Both the position numbers and the translations under genes were made by a program. This document shows, piece by piece, positions 45,951 to 55,368 of a stretch of 64,000 nt of DNA; the stretch's first letter is position 1; every line of letters starts with the position of its first letter. Origin of the DNA: Oscillospiraceae bacterium. GTDB taxonomy: Bacteria; Bacillota; Clostridia; Oscillospirales; Oscillospiraceae. The notes beneath the pieces are model-generated. The model saw nothing but the letters and a program-made list of their open reading frames with translations. It was not told where the DNA came from and did no database searches. The stretch is from contig SVMA01000001.1 of the NCBI GenBank assembly GCA_015067635.1, positions 26,913 to 90,912 on the forward strand, given 5' to 3'.

Positions 45951-46561
45951 TTTCCTATCCTCCCGATAAATTTCAGTTCAGAACAAACCTTTTCTGCAGC
46001 TTGGGGCAGGAGAATCCATTCCGCCTGTTCCATAACCCGTCTTTGCAGGGTTTCCGGTGTATCACCGGGAAGCACCTCCACTGCCTTTTGGGCAATAATT
46101 TCCCCGCCGTCGGGAATTTCGTTGACAAAATGCACCGTTGCACCCGTAACCTTCACCCCATAATCCAGCACCGCCTGATGTACACGCAGACCGTAGAAGC
46201 CCGCACCGCAAAAGCTGGGTATCAGGCTGGGATGAACGTTGAGTATCCTCTTGGGATAGTGGGAGGTAAACCGTTCTGTCAAAATCGTCATAAATCCGGC
46301 CAGGATGATGATATCAATTTTATTCTCATCCAGCACCTGCATAAGCTTCTCTTCAAATGCCTGCTGGGAGCCCAGCTCCTTTTTGACCACTGTTTCCGTA
46401 GCGATGCCGGCTTTTTTTGCCCGTTCCAAGGCATACGCACCGGGCACATTGGAAACTACCAACACAATTTCTCCGCTTTTCAGCACCTTTCCCCGGGCAT
46501 CGATCAGTGCCTGCAAATTGGTGCCGCCACCGGAAACCAAAACCGCTATTCTGGTGCTCAT
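45947..46561 (-). CDS. purN: GAR formyltransferase
   Basis: SGGGTNLQA, LAGFM, NVHPSL, TVHFV, DGG. Confidence 0.96.
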   Translation of the reverse strand: MSTRIAVLVSGGGTNLQALIDARGKVLKSGEIVLVVSNVPGAYALERAKKAGIATETVVKKELGSQQAFEEKLMQVLDENKIDIIILAGFMTILTERFTSHYPKRILNVHPSLIPSFCGAGFYGLRVHQAVLDYGVKVTGATVHFVNEIPDGGEIIAQKAVEVLPGDTPETLQRRVMEQAEWILLPQAAEKVCSELKFIGRIGK

Positions 46562-47610
46562 TTTAAGATCACCTGCTCGTCACTTTCAATAATTCTGCCG
46601 ATCACGTATGCCGTTTCTCCGTGGGCAGTCAGGATGGAGATCGCCTTCTCTGTTTCTTCTGCCGGCACCACCACACTCATGCCCACACCCATGTTATAGG
46701 TGTTGAACATATCCCGTTCCGGGATGTTTCCAGTCTTTGCCAGCAGGTCGAAAATCGGCAGAATCCGAATGGATGCCTTGTCGATTTCCGCACACAGTCC
46801 CTTGGGAATGGAACGGGGAATGTTTTCATAGAAGCCGCCGCCAGTGATGTGGGAAATGCCCTTTACATCCACCTGCTCCAGCAGAGCCAGAATAGCTTTG
46901 ACGTAAATCCGCGTAGGTGTGAGCAAGGTCTCGGCAATACTCTTTCCGCCCAGCTCATCCATGGGAACATACAAAGACTTCGGATTGCTGTCAATGCCGA
47001 ACACCTTGCGGCACAGAGAAAAGCCGTTGGAGTGAATGCCTGTGGAAGCAAGTCCGATGACCACATCCCCTGCCTTCATTCGGGTGTTGTCCAAAATTTT
47101 CTTTTTGTCCACCACGCCCACAGCGAAGCCTGCCAAATCATAATCCTCCGCGCTCATCAGGCCGGGATGCTCTGCAGTTTCTCCGCCGATCAGTGCCGCA
47201 CCGGACTGGACACAGCCCTCCGCCACACCGCTTACGATTTCGGCAATTTTTTCGGGAATATTTTTGCCGCAGGCGATATAGTCCAGGAAAAACAAAGGCT
47301 TTGCACCGCAGCAGATAATATCGTTGACGCACATGGCCACTGCATCAATACCGATGGTATCATGCTTATCCATAAGAATGGCCAGCTTTACCTTGGTGCC
47401 GCAGCCGTCCGTACCGGAAACCAAAACAGGCTCCTCCATGCCGGCGATGGGCAGACCGAAGCAGCCGCCAAAACCGCCCACATCATCCAGACAACCGGCG
47501 TTTTTTGTGCGTGCGATGTGCTTTTTCATCAGCTCTACCGCCTTATAGCCGGCGGTAATATCCACACCGGCTGCCGCATAGCTGGCAGATTGGGAATTCT
47601 TATGCTCCAT
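46558..47610 (-). CDS. purM: AIR synthase
   Basis: YAAAGVD, DGCGTK, GGETAEHP, HSNGFS, HITGGG, YNMGVG. Confidence 0.97.
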   Translation of the reverse strand: MEHKNSQSASYAAAGVDITAGYKAVELMKKHIARTKNAGCLDDVGGFGGCFGLPIAGMEEPVLVSGTDGCGTKVKLAILMDKHDTIGIDAVAMCVNDIICCGAKPLFFLDYIACGKNIPEKIAEIVSGVAEGCVQSGAALIGGETAEHPGLMSAEDYDLAGFAVGVVDKKKILDNTRMKAGDVVIGLASTGIHSNGFSLCRKVFGIDSNPKSLYVPMDELGGKSIAETLLTPTRIYVKAILALLEQVDVKGISHITGGGFYENIPRSIPKGLCAEIDKASIRILPIFDLLAKTGNIPERDMFNTYNMGVGMSVVVPAEETEKAISILTAHGETAYVIGRIIESDEQVILK

Positions 47611-47638
47611 AATGGCGCTCCTTTTCACAAACGTTTTC

Positions 47639-47770
47639 TGTCATTCCGGGCCAGTGCGCACACTGGCGTGGGAATTCGTTTTCCTTGCGAGCCTTTGGCT
47701 CGCGCGGTGTAAAGCACCGCAAGGATGCGGATTGCCACGTGGCGTGGCACGCACGCTCCTCGCAATGACA
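47639..47770. repeat. GTCATT...CAATGAC REP-like element
   Basis: TGTCATT start, GATTGCCACG...CTCCTCGCAATGACA end; same family as 52790-52890. Confidence 0.75.
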
Positions 47771-47787
47771 TATAGTGGGGAAAGATT

Positions 47788-49212
47788 TTATTCCTTACCG
47801 TTCCAGCAATATGTGCATAATTTGCACTGATCCATGCCAATGGCATTGATCACGCCGTCCACTGTCTGGAAGCCCAGGGATGCAAACTTGAACTTCTCAC
47901 AGATGGCCTGGCGCATTTTCTTGCCCCGTTCGGTATTTCCGTCGGCATACTCATCCAAATGCCGGAAGCCTTCTTCTCCTTCCAGCGCCATGATTATCCG
48001 GCGGGAGATCAGATCCATATCATTGGTGGAACGAGAAAAATTCAGGTACTTGCACCCATACATAATGGGCGGACATGCAGATCGCATGTGTACGGATTTC
48101 GCCCCGTTTTCGTAGAGGAATTCCACCGTTTCCTGCAGCTGGGTGCCCCGGACAATGGAATCATCCACAAACAGCAGATTTTTGTCCTTGATCAGCTCCT
48201 GTACCGGAATCTGCTTCATTTTTGCCACCTTTTTCCGGTCCGCCTGCTTTGCAGAGGTAAAGGAACGGGACCAGGTGGGGGTATACTTGATAAATGCCCG
48301 GGCAAAGGGCTTTCCGGTATGGTTGGCATAGCCAATGGCATGGGGTGTGCCGGAATCGGGAACACCGCCTACATAATCAAGCTCCATGCTGCGTCCCTGC
48401 TCCATATCCCGCTGGGCGATCGCTGCACCGTTGCGATAGCGCATCGCCTCCACATTGATGCCTTCATAGGTAGAGGTGGGATAACCGTAATAGCTCCACA
48501 AAAAAGCACACATCCGCATTTCTTTGCCGGGCTCTGCCAATTGGGTCATACCGGAAGGTGTCAGCTCCACAATTTCGCCCGGACCAAGCTCACAGACCTT
48601 TTCATAGCCCAGCTTGGTAAAGGCAAACTCCTCAAAGGAAGCGCAGTAACCGTTCTCGTCCCTGCCGATCTGCACGGGAATTCTGCCCAGACGATCCCGG
48701 GCGGTGATCAGCTTTCCCGTGTCCGTCAGAATCAGAATGTTGGCAGTACCTTCAATGGCGGACTGGGCGTATTGGATGCCCTGCACGAAATTTTCCTTTT
48801 GGTTAATCAGTGCCGCCACCAGCTCAGTGGAATTTACCTTACCGCCGGTCATGGCGTCAAAGTAACCGCCGTGATCTGCCATAACCTGCTCGATGAGTGT
48901 ATCCGCATTATTGACGATACCCACCGTGGCAATGGCATAGGTACCCAAATGGGAACGGATGAGCATGGGCTGGGGATCCGAATCGCTGATACAGCCGATG
49001 ACGGAGGTGCCCCGCATCTCCTCAAAAATATGTTCAAACTTGGTGCGGAACGGCGAATTCTCAATACTGTGGATCTTCCGCTGCAGTCCGATTTCCGCAT
49101 CCCATGCGGCCATGCCGCCCCGACGGGTGCCCAAATGGGAATGGTAATCCACGCCGAAGAATACATCCATCATACAATCCTGACGGGATGCAATTCCAAA
49201 AAATCCTCCCAT
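47788..49212 (-). CDS. purF: Amidophosphoribosyltransferase-like protein lacking N-terminal Cys
   Basis: VPDSG, VDDSIVRGT, CTYCW; begins MGGFFG; sits between purC and purM. Confidence 0.9.
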   Translation of the reverse strand: MGGFFGIASRQDCMMDVFFGVDYHSHLGTRRGGMAAWDAEIGLQRKIHSIENSPFRTKFEHIFEEMRGTSVIGCISDSDPQPMLIRSHLGTYAIATVGIVNNADTLIEQVMADHGGYFDAMTGGKVNSTELVAALINQKENFVQGIQYAQSAIEGTANILILTDTGKLITARDRLGRIPVQIGRDENGYCASFEEFAFTKLGYEKVCELGPGEIVELTPSGMTQLAEPGKEMRMCAFLWSYYGYPTSTYEGINVEAMRYRNGAAIAQRDMEQGRSMELDYVGGVPDSGTPHAIGYANHTGKPFARAFIKYTPTWSRSFTSAKQADRKKVAKMKQIPVQELIKDKNLLFVDDSIVRGTQLQETVEFLYENGAKSVHMRSACPPIMYGCKYLNFSRSTNDMDLISRRIIMALEGEEGFRHLDEYADGNTERGKKMRQAICEKFKFASLGFQTVDGVINAIGMDQCKLCTYCWNGKE

Positions 49213-49233
49213 GGATACTCTCCTTTTGAAAAA

Positions 49234-49923
49234 TTAAGCGAAGAACAGACCGTTCAAGGTCATGGGGTCAATGTACTTGCCGTCCTTGTAGACGCGCATG
49301 TTGCCGGAAGCAATTTCATCAATAAGCATCACATTACCGTCCGCGTCATAGCCAAACTCAAACTTGATGTCATACAGCTCCAGGCCCTTGGCCTTCAGAT
49401 CCTCCGCCACGATGCCGGTAATTTTCTGCGTCATTTCCTTCAAATCATCATACTGCTGAGCCGTCATAACGCCCAAATCCACCAGGCCGTCCTTGGTTAC
49501 CAGCGGGTCTCCCTTTTCGTCGTTTTTGAAGGTGGTCTCCACGTAAGCAGGCAGGTCCTGTCCCTCTGTGCAGTAGTCAGAGTAGCGACGGTAGAAAGAG
49601 CCCACCGCCTTATAACGGCAAATCACCTCAAGACCCTTGCCGAATACCTTGGCAGACTTGACCTCCATGGTTGTATTCTCCAGATCTGCAGACACATAAT
49701 GGGTGTTGATGCCGGCGGCATTGATCTTTTCAAAAAAGTAAACAGACATCCGCAAATTCACATCGCCCACGCCCGCAATGGTCAGTCCGACGGTATTTTC
49801 GCCGGGGTCAAATACACCGTCCTTGCCGGTGCAGTCATCCTTGAAAAGGAGCAGGCAGTTTCCGTTGGGCAACGCGTAAACATTCTTGGTCTTGCCGGTG
49901 TAAAGGAGCGTTAAGTCTTTCAT
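49234..49923 (-). CDS. purC: SAICAR synthase
   Basis: YTGKTK, FKDD, LEVICR, DIKFEFG, LIDEI; start MKDLT. Confidence 0.94.
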   Translation of the reverse strand: MKDLTLLYTGKTKNVYALPNGNCLLLFKDDCTGKDGVFDPGENTVGLTIAGVGDVNLRMSVYFFEKINAAGINTHYVSADLENTTMEVKSAKVFGKGLEVICRYKAVGSFYRRYSDYCTEGQDLPAYVETTFKNDEKGDPLVTKDGLVDLGVMTAQQYDDLKEMTQKITGIVAEDLKAKGLELYDIKFEFGYDADGNVMLIDEIASGNMRVYKDGKYIDPMTLNGLFFA

Positions 49924-49957
49924 GATAATTACCTCTTTCTGAAATAATTTATTTTGT

Positions 49958-50440
49958 TTATTGCAATGCCGCGTCTTTGCCAAGCACCTTTTCGGCATCG
50001 GCTCTGCGTTTGGCGTCCAGTTTTTCCGCCAGACTTTCATCAGTGATGGCAAGCATCTGGACAGCAAGCAAAGCGGCATTGACAGCCCCATCCACTGCCA
50101 CCGTTGCCACAGGTATGCCGGAGGGCATCTGGACAGTGGACAAAAGGGCATCAATGCCGTTTGTAAAGGTATTTGATTTCATGGGGATACCAATGACCGG
50201 CAAAGTAGTATTTGCCGCCAAAGCCCCTGCCAAATGTGCAGCCATACCCGCCGCGGCGATGATAACGCCGAAGCCGTTATTGCGGGCATTGACAGAAAAA
50301 TCTCTTGCCTGCTCAGGAGTGCGGTGGGCGGAATAGACGTGCATTTCGTAGGGGACGCCGAAAGCCTGCAGGGTATCTGCGGCCTTTTGTACCACCGGCA
50401 AATCGCTGTCGCTTCCCATGATGATTCCAACTTTTTTCAT
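49958..50440 (-). CDS. purE: N5-CAIR mutase / AIR carboxylase
   Basis: [31 protein letters not shown]. Confidence 0.97.
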   Translation of the reverse strand: MKKVGIIMGSDSDLPVVQKAADTLQAFGVPYEMHVYSAHRTPEQARDFSVNARNNGFGVIIAAAGMAAHLAGALAANTTLPVIGIPMKSNTFTNGIDALLSTVQMPSGIPVATVAVDGAVNAALLAVQMLAITDESLAEKLDAKRRADAEKVLGKDAALQ

Positions 50441-50454
50441 AAAACCCTCCATTT

Positions 50455-50498
50455 AACAAAAGATGGGCACACTTCCCGCCATGCGAGAAAGTGTGCCC
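50455..50498 (-). terminator. Riboswitch-controlled terminator
   Basis: TGGGCACACTTTC...GAAGTGTGCCCA-TCTTTTGTT; 5' arm overlaps aptamer 3' end. Confidence 0.85.
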
Positions 50499-50565
50499 AG
50501 ACGGTCGGCCTTGCCGCAGGAATCTGTACCACGTGGTGCTCCACTGATCCGTCAGGCACAGTCTG
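50494..50565 (-). ncRNA. ZMP/ZTP (pfl) riboswitch
   Basis: CTGTGCCTGACGGA...GTGGAGCACCAC...GTACAG and GCCGACCGTCTGGGCA match pfl consensus including GACGG/CCGTC pseudoknot; upstream of purE. Confidence 0.88.
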
Positions 50566-50582
50566 CGTTTGATTGTAGCTAC

Positions 50583-50612
50583 ATTATACCATAAAGTGAC
50601 ACTGTTCGTCAA
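50583..50612 (-). promoter_or_regulatory. Sigma-A promoter of pur operon
   Basis: TTGACG-18 bp-TATAAT with extended TG. Confidence 0.75.
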
Positions 50613-50741
50613 CTTGTGGAACAACCATTTTCCTGTCTTTTTTTGCCCTTTTCCCTGTGAATTTTGCCAAATTTATTCCCCTCGCAAACAGAATGTCCGC
50701 CGCGAAAAAAATATCCGCGGCGGACAGCCGAAAAACCGTAT

Positions 50742-52703
50742 TCAGCACAGCTTGGCGCCGGCAGGAATGGCGTCATCGATCATAATGAGATTCAGCTTCT
50801 CCTCACCCTTTTCAGTGTGCACCGCACTCAGGAGCATACCGCAGGAATCCCTGCCCATCATCTTTCTGGGCGGGAGATTGGTGATAGCCACCAAAGTCTT
50901 TCCGATCAGCTCCTCAGGCTTATAATACTTGGCGATACCGGAAAGGATCTGCCGGTCAGTGCCGGTACCATCATCCAGAGTAAACTGCAGCAGCTTGTCG
51001 GACTTCTTCACATTCACGCAGTCCTTGACCTTAACTGCCCGGAAATCGCTCTTGCAGAAGGTGTCAAAATCCACCGTTTCCTCAGCGTAGGGCTCGATCT
51101 CCACAGGCGGCAGGGCTGCCTTCTTTTTCTCTGCATTAAATGCGTCGATCTCTGCCATTTTCTGCTGGGCATCCAGTCTTGCAAACAGGATCTCACCGGC
51201 ACCCACCTTACCGCCGGCAGGCAAAACACCGAAGCTTTCCAAGCTCTCCAGACCACCGTTTTCGCAGTTGATCTGCGCAAGGATCCGGCCGGAGGTTTCC
51301 GGCAGGAAGGGCTCCAGTGCCACTGCCGCAAAGCGGATGGACTCCAGTAAATTATACAGCACCGTACCCAGTCTGGGACGGTTGCTTTCTTCCTTAGCCA
51401 ATGCCCAGGGAGCTGTTTCGTCGATATACTTATTGGCACGACGGAGCAGAGCGAAAATTTCATCTATGGCATCCGCCACCTTCAGCTCGTCCATCTTGTT
51501 TTGCACCTTGCCGGGCATGGCCAAAGCCACCGCCTTCAATTCCTCATCCAGCGCGTCAGGTGTATTGGGAGCACAGATCTCGCCGCCAAAATACTTGTTG
51601 CTCATGGCAACGGTACGGTTAACCAGATTTCCCAGAATATTGGCCAGTTCGCTGTTAATACGCTCAATGATCAGCTCATAGGTCATGATGCCGTCCGCAG
51701 CAAAGGGCATCTCGTGGAGCACAAAATAGCGCACCGCATCCACACCGAACATCTCCACCAGATCATCGGCATAAATCACATTACCCAGGCTCTTGGACAT
51801 CTTATCGCCCTTGACCAGCAGCCAGGGATGACCAAAGACCTGCTTGGGCAAGGGCTCTCCCAATGCCATCAGGAAGATCGGCCAGTAAATGGTGTGGAAG
51901 CGGACGATGTCCTTACCGATCAAATGCAGATCTGCAGGCCAGAATTTTCCGTAATGGGGCTCGTGATTACCGTCCGGATCATAGCCGGAGAAGGTGATAT
52001 AGTTGGAAAGGGCGTCCAGCCATACATACACCACGTGCTTGGGATCAAAATCCACCTGCACACCCCAGGTAAAGCTGGTGCGGGAAACGCAAAGATCCTG
52101 CAGACCCGGCTTGAGGAAGTTGTTCACCATCTCATTTTTCCGGCTCTCGGGCTGAATGAACTCGGGATGCGCTTCAATGTATTCCATCAGCCGGTCGGCA
52201 TACTTGCTCATTTTGAAGAAATAGGCCTCTTCCTCGGCATCCACACATTCCCTGCCGCAGTCGGGACATTTTCCGTCCTTCAGCTGGCTTTCCGTCCAAA
52301 AGGACTCACAGGGCGTACAGTATTTGCCGGTGTACTTGCCCTTGTAAATATCCCCCTGCTCATACAGCCGCTTGAATATCTTCTGCACCTTGGTCTTGTG
52401 CTCAGGGTCGGAAGTGCGCACAAAGCGGTCATAGGTGGTGTTCATCAAGTCCCAGATCCGCTTGATCTCACCGGCCACGTTGTCCACGTGTTCCTGAGGG
52501 GTAATCCCAGCATTTTCTGCCTTCTGCTGAATTTTCTGCCCGTGCTCGTCGGTGCCGGTTTGAAAATACACATCATAGCCCACCTGACGCTTATATCGGG
52601 CAATGGCATCTGCCAGCACGATTTCGTAGGTGTTGCCTATATGGGGCTTGGCAGAAGTGTAGGCAATGGCAGTAGAAATATAATAAGGCTTCTTCTCACT
52701 CAT
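50742..52703 (-). CDS. metG: Methionyl-tRNA synthetase
   Basis: HIGN, GTDEHG, KMSKS, C-terminal tRNA-binding OB domain. Confidence 0.98.
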   Translation of the reverse strand: MSEKKPYYISTAIAYTSAKPHIGNTYEIVLADAIARYKRQVGYDVYFQTGTDEHGQKIQQKAENAGITPQEHVDNVAGEIKRIWDLMNTTYDRFVRTSDPEHKTKVQKIFKRLYEQGDIYKGKYTGKYCTPCESFWTESQLKDGKCPDCGRECVDAEEEAYFFKMSKYADRLMEYIEAHPEFIQPESRKNEMVNNFLKPGLQDLCVSRTSFTWGVQVDFDPKHVVYVWLDALSNYITFSGYDPDGNHEPHYGKFWPADLHLIGKDIVRFHTIYWPIFLMALGEPLPKQVFGHPWLLVKGDKMSKSLGNVIYADDLVEMFGVDAVRYFVLHEMPFAADGIMTYELIIERINSELANILGNLVNRTVAMSNKYFGGEICAPNTPDALDEELKAVALAMPGKVQNKMDELKVADAIDEIFALLRRANKYIDETAPWALAKEESNRPRLGTVLYNLLESIRFAAVALEPFLPETSGRILAQINCENGGLESLESFGVLPAGGKVGAGEILFARLDAQQKMAEIDAFNAEKKKAALPPVEIEPYAEETVDFDTFCKSDFRAVKVKDCVNVKKSDKLLQFTLDDGTGTDRQILSGIAKYYKPEELIGKTLVAITNLPPRKMMGRDSCGMLLSAVHTEKGEEKLNLIMIDDAIPAGAKLC

Positions 52704-52715
52704 AATGTTCCTCCT

Positions 52716-53045
52716 TAAAAATAGAACGCCGCCCTTGACGCATCAAGGGCGACGAAAATCGACGCGGTACCACCTTGTTTTGCAAACTTTGTCATTGCGA
52801 GGAGGACGAAGTCCGACGTGGCAATCCCCTAAGGTTTCCGGAATCTCCGGGGGATCGCTACACCAGTCTGCGGACTGGTTCGCGATGACAATTTTTGCCT
52901 CTTTGCTGTAACGGGCGTACCCGGGAGGGCCTACCTATCGACCCTCCGGCTCCCAGACCATGTTCTGCCGCTTTTGCCGTATCCCCTCTCACCCTGCAGG
53001 ACTCGCTGAACGTTTCCGGCAACGTACTCTTCTGTTCTCAGCCTT
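52716..53045 (-). ncRNA. Met T-box riboswitch
   Basis: AGAGTA, CAGCGAG, GGTGAGA stem I motifs; specifier GAAC-ATG at 52959-52961; AAGGTGGTACCGCG T-box at 52763-52776; terminator; TTGACA/TATAAT promoter at 53062-53090. Confidence 0.92.
52790..52890. repeat. REP-like element inside T-box
   Basis: TGTCATTGCGAGG...GTGGCAATCCC...GGGATCGC...TCGCGATGACA. Confidence 0.78.
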
Positions 53046-53103
53046 TTGTATTGTCTGTTGTATTATACCCAGTTTTTGGGACTTTGTCAATCCTTTTCCA
53101 GGG

Positions 53104-54090
53104 TTACTCTTCCTCAGAAATTTCCAGAGCTTCTTCTTCGATTTTCTGCTCCTGCACCGCAATTTCCGCGGCTTCCTCAGCCGCTTCTCTTGCCGCCACC
53201 TGATTGACAAACAGCTTTTCCGGGTCATGGGGCTTTCTTGCCAGCCAGAACAGCATTACGGCTGCCGCAGCGCAGGAAACGAAAGCAAGCAGCTGACTGA
53301 CACGGATGGGTCCCCAATACAGGCTGTCCATACGCAAACCCTCAATGATGGTTCTTCCCAAACCGTACCAAACCGCATAGCCCAGAGCAACCTGTCCGTC
53401 GTAATGACGCTTTTTCGACAGGAAATGGAGCAGCACAAAGCCTGCCGCATTCCACAGGGATTCATAAAGGAACGTGGGATGTACCTGAATAAGACCGTTA
53501 TAGCCGCGGGTCATGGCATTGTATTTCAGCACATCCACCTGATACAAAAATTGCTCCGTAGCATCCGCAGGGATCTTCAAATTGGAAAGAGGGATCCGCA
53601 TGGCCAGGAAATTATCCGTATAGGCTCCGAAGGCCTCCCGATTGAAGAAGTTGCCCCAACGGCCGATGGCCTGTCCGATCAAAAAGCCAATCAGCACCAG
53701 GTCCAGTAATGCCGCCAGCTTGATCTTCTTAATATGGCAATATACCGCCATGCCGATCACGGCACCGATCACACCGCCGTAGATTGCCAGTCCGCCCTCC
53801 CAGATATACAGGATGGAAATGGGATTGGCGGAATAGGTCTTCCACTCGAAAATGCAGTAATACAGACGGGCGCAAATAATCGCAAAGGGAGCGACCCACA
53901 GCACTCCGTCGGTGATGTCATCCTGCCGGATGCCAAATTGCTTGCATCTTCTCCAGCCGTAGAGCACCGCCAGCATCAGACCCAGACCGATGAGCAGACC
54001 GTAAATATGAAAATAAAGCGGTCCGATCTCGATTACTCCCGAAGGGTCTATGTGAATGCCGAGATGGGGAAAAGATATGGGATTGTTCAT
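53104..54090 (-). CDS. lgt: Prolipoprotein diacylglyceryl transferase
   Basis: ARLYY, WEGGLAIYGG, GRWGNFFNREAFG, HPTFLYES. Confidence 0.96.
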   Translation of the reverse strand: MNNPISFPHLGIHIDPSGVIEIGPLYFHIYGLLIGLGLMLAVLYGWRRCKQFGIRQDDITDGVLWVAPFAIICARLYYCIFEWKTYSANPISILYIWEGGLAIYGGVIGAVIGMAVYCHIKKIKLAALLDLVLIGFLIGQAIGRWGNFFNREAFGAYTDNFLAMRIPLSNLKIPADATEQFLYQVDVLKYNAMTRGYNGLIQVHPTFLYESLWNAAGFVLLHFLSKKRHYDGQVALGYAVWYGLGRTIIEGLRMDSLYWGPIRVSQLLAFVSCAAAAVMLFWLARKPHDPEKLFVNQVAAREAAEEAAEIAVQEQKIEEEALEISEEE

Positions 54091-55368
54091 TTATGTTTCC
54101 TCCTTTGGGTCAATAACCGACAGGGCACAGCGCGTTTCTGTCACAACACGGGACAAAAACTCCAGAATTTGTTCCCTCTTTACCTCTGCGTACACCGCAG
54201 GAAATTCAAAATAATCAAAATTACTAAAATGGTAGGCGCAAATACGGAAGCAGGTGGAGTCAAAGCTGTCAAGGTCCCGAATCCGCCGTCCCATGGCACT
54301 GCGTTTCATCCGCAGAAAGCTCTCCTGGGAAACGCCCTGACGGATCAGCTTCTGTGCCTGCTCCAGAATTGCCTGCCGAATGGCCTGCGCATCCTCGGAA
54401 TCACCGCCGCAGGTGAGCATGGCGCATCCGTCCACCGATTCAAAGCCGCCACCGAAAGAAGAATCGATCAATCCCTTTTCGTACAGCTCCAAATACAGCG
54501 CAGAGGACTCTCCAAACAGTGCTTCCGCCGCCAGATCTGCAACAACTTCCGTTTCCATGGCGGCTCTCCCGTGCTCCACGGGCTCCGCCTTAAAGGATAT
54601 CTGGAACATGGGCATAGCCACTTCCATGACGCTTTTGCATTGGGACTGGATTGCGCTCATTTCTTCCTTCCACGGTCGGAGCTTCCTGCCTGCCGGCTTT
54701 GCTTCAGTACCCAATACTGCATCCACCGTCGCCATGACCGCCCGGGTATCCACATCGCCTACAATGCACAAAATCATATTGGCAGGAACATAAAATGCCC
54801 GATGACATGCCGTTAACAGCTCCGGTGTAATTTCCCGCAGGCTTTCCCGACTTCCCAAAATCGGCACGCGGATGGGATGCTCCTTATAGAGAATCTGCAT
54901 CAGATCCTCAAACACCCGGGTATCCGGTGCATCCTCGTTCATGCCGATCTCCTGATCGATAATTCCCATTTCCTGCCGGACACTTTCCTCCGGAAAATAG
55001 GCAGTGGACACAAATTCCAGCAAAAGCTTCAGGCTCTCCATGAAATTTTCCGAGCAGGAAAAATGATAGGCCGTCATATCATAGCTGGTAAAGGCATTGA
55101 CATTGGCACCCAAGGCGGCAAATTCTTCCGTCACGTCCCGTCCCGGCAATTCAAACATTTTGTGCTCCAAAAAATGGGCAATGCCGGCAGGCGCGTGATA
55201 AATCTCGCCATCCAGTTCAAAATCCGTATGCACCGACCCGAAATCCGTGACGAAATAGGCCATTTTCTTCGTAAAGCCGGGGCGTTTTACGATCCGCACC
55301 GCCAAGCCGTTGGCGGCAGTCTGGGCAAAACAGGTCTCCCCCAGTCTGGGGTAATCCACACAACTCAT
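54091..55368 (-). CDS. ymfH: M16 peptidase, active subunit (YmfH-like)
   Basis: GIAHFLEHKMF (HxxEH), NAFTS, EMGIIDQEI. Confidence 0.88.
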   Translation of the reverse strand: MSCVDYPRLGETCFAQTAANGLAVRIVKRPGFTKKMAYFVTDFGSVHTDFELDGEIYHAPAGIAHFLEHKMFELPGRDVTEEFAALGANVNAFTSYDMTAYHFSCSENFMESLKLLLEFVSTAYFPEESVRQEMGIIDQEIGMNEDAPDTRVFEDLMQILYKEHPIRVPILGSRESLREITPELLTACHRAFYVPANMILCIVGDVDTRAVMATVDAVLGTEAKPAGRKLRPWKEEMSAIQSQCKSVMEVAMPMFQISFKAEPVEHGRAAMETEVVADLAAEALFGESSALYLELYEKGLIDSSFGGGFESVDGCAMLTCGGDSEDAQAIRQAILEQAQKLIRQGVSQESFLRMKRSAMGRRIRDLDSFDSTCFRICAYHFSNFDYFEFPAVYAEVKREQILEFLSRVVTETRCALSVIDPKEET

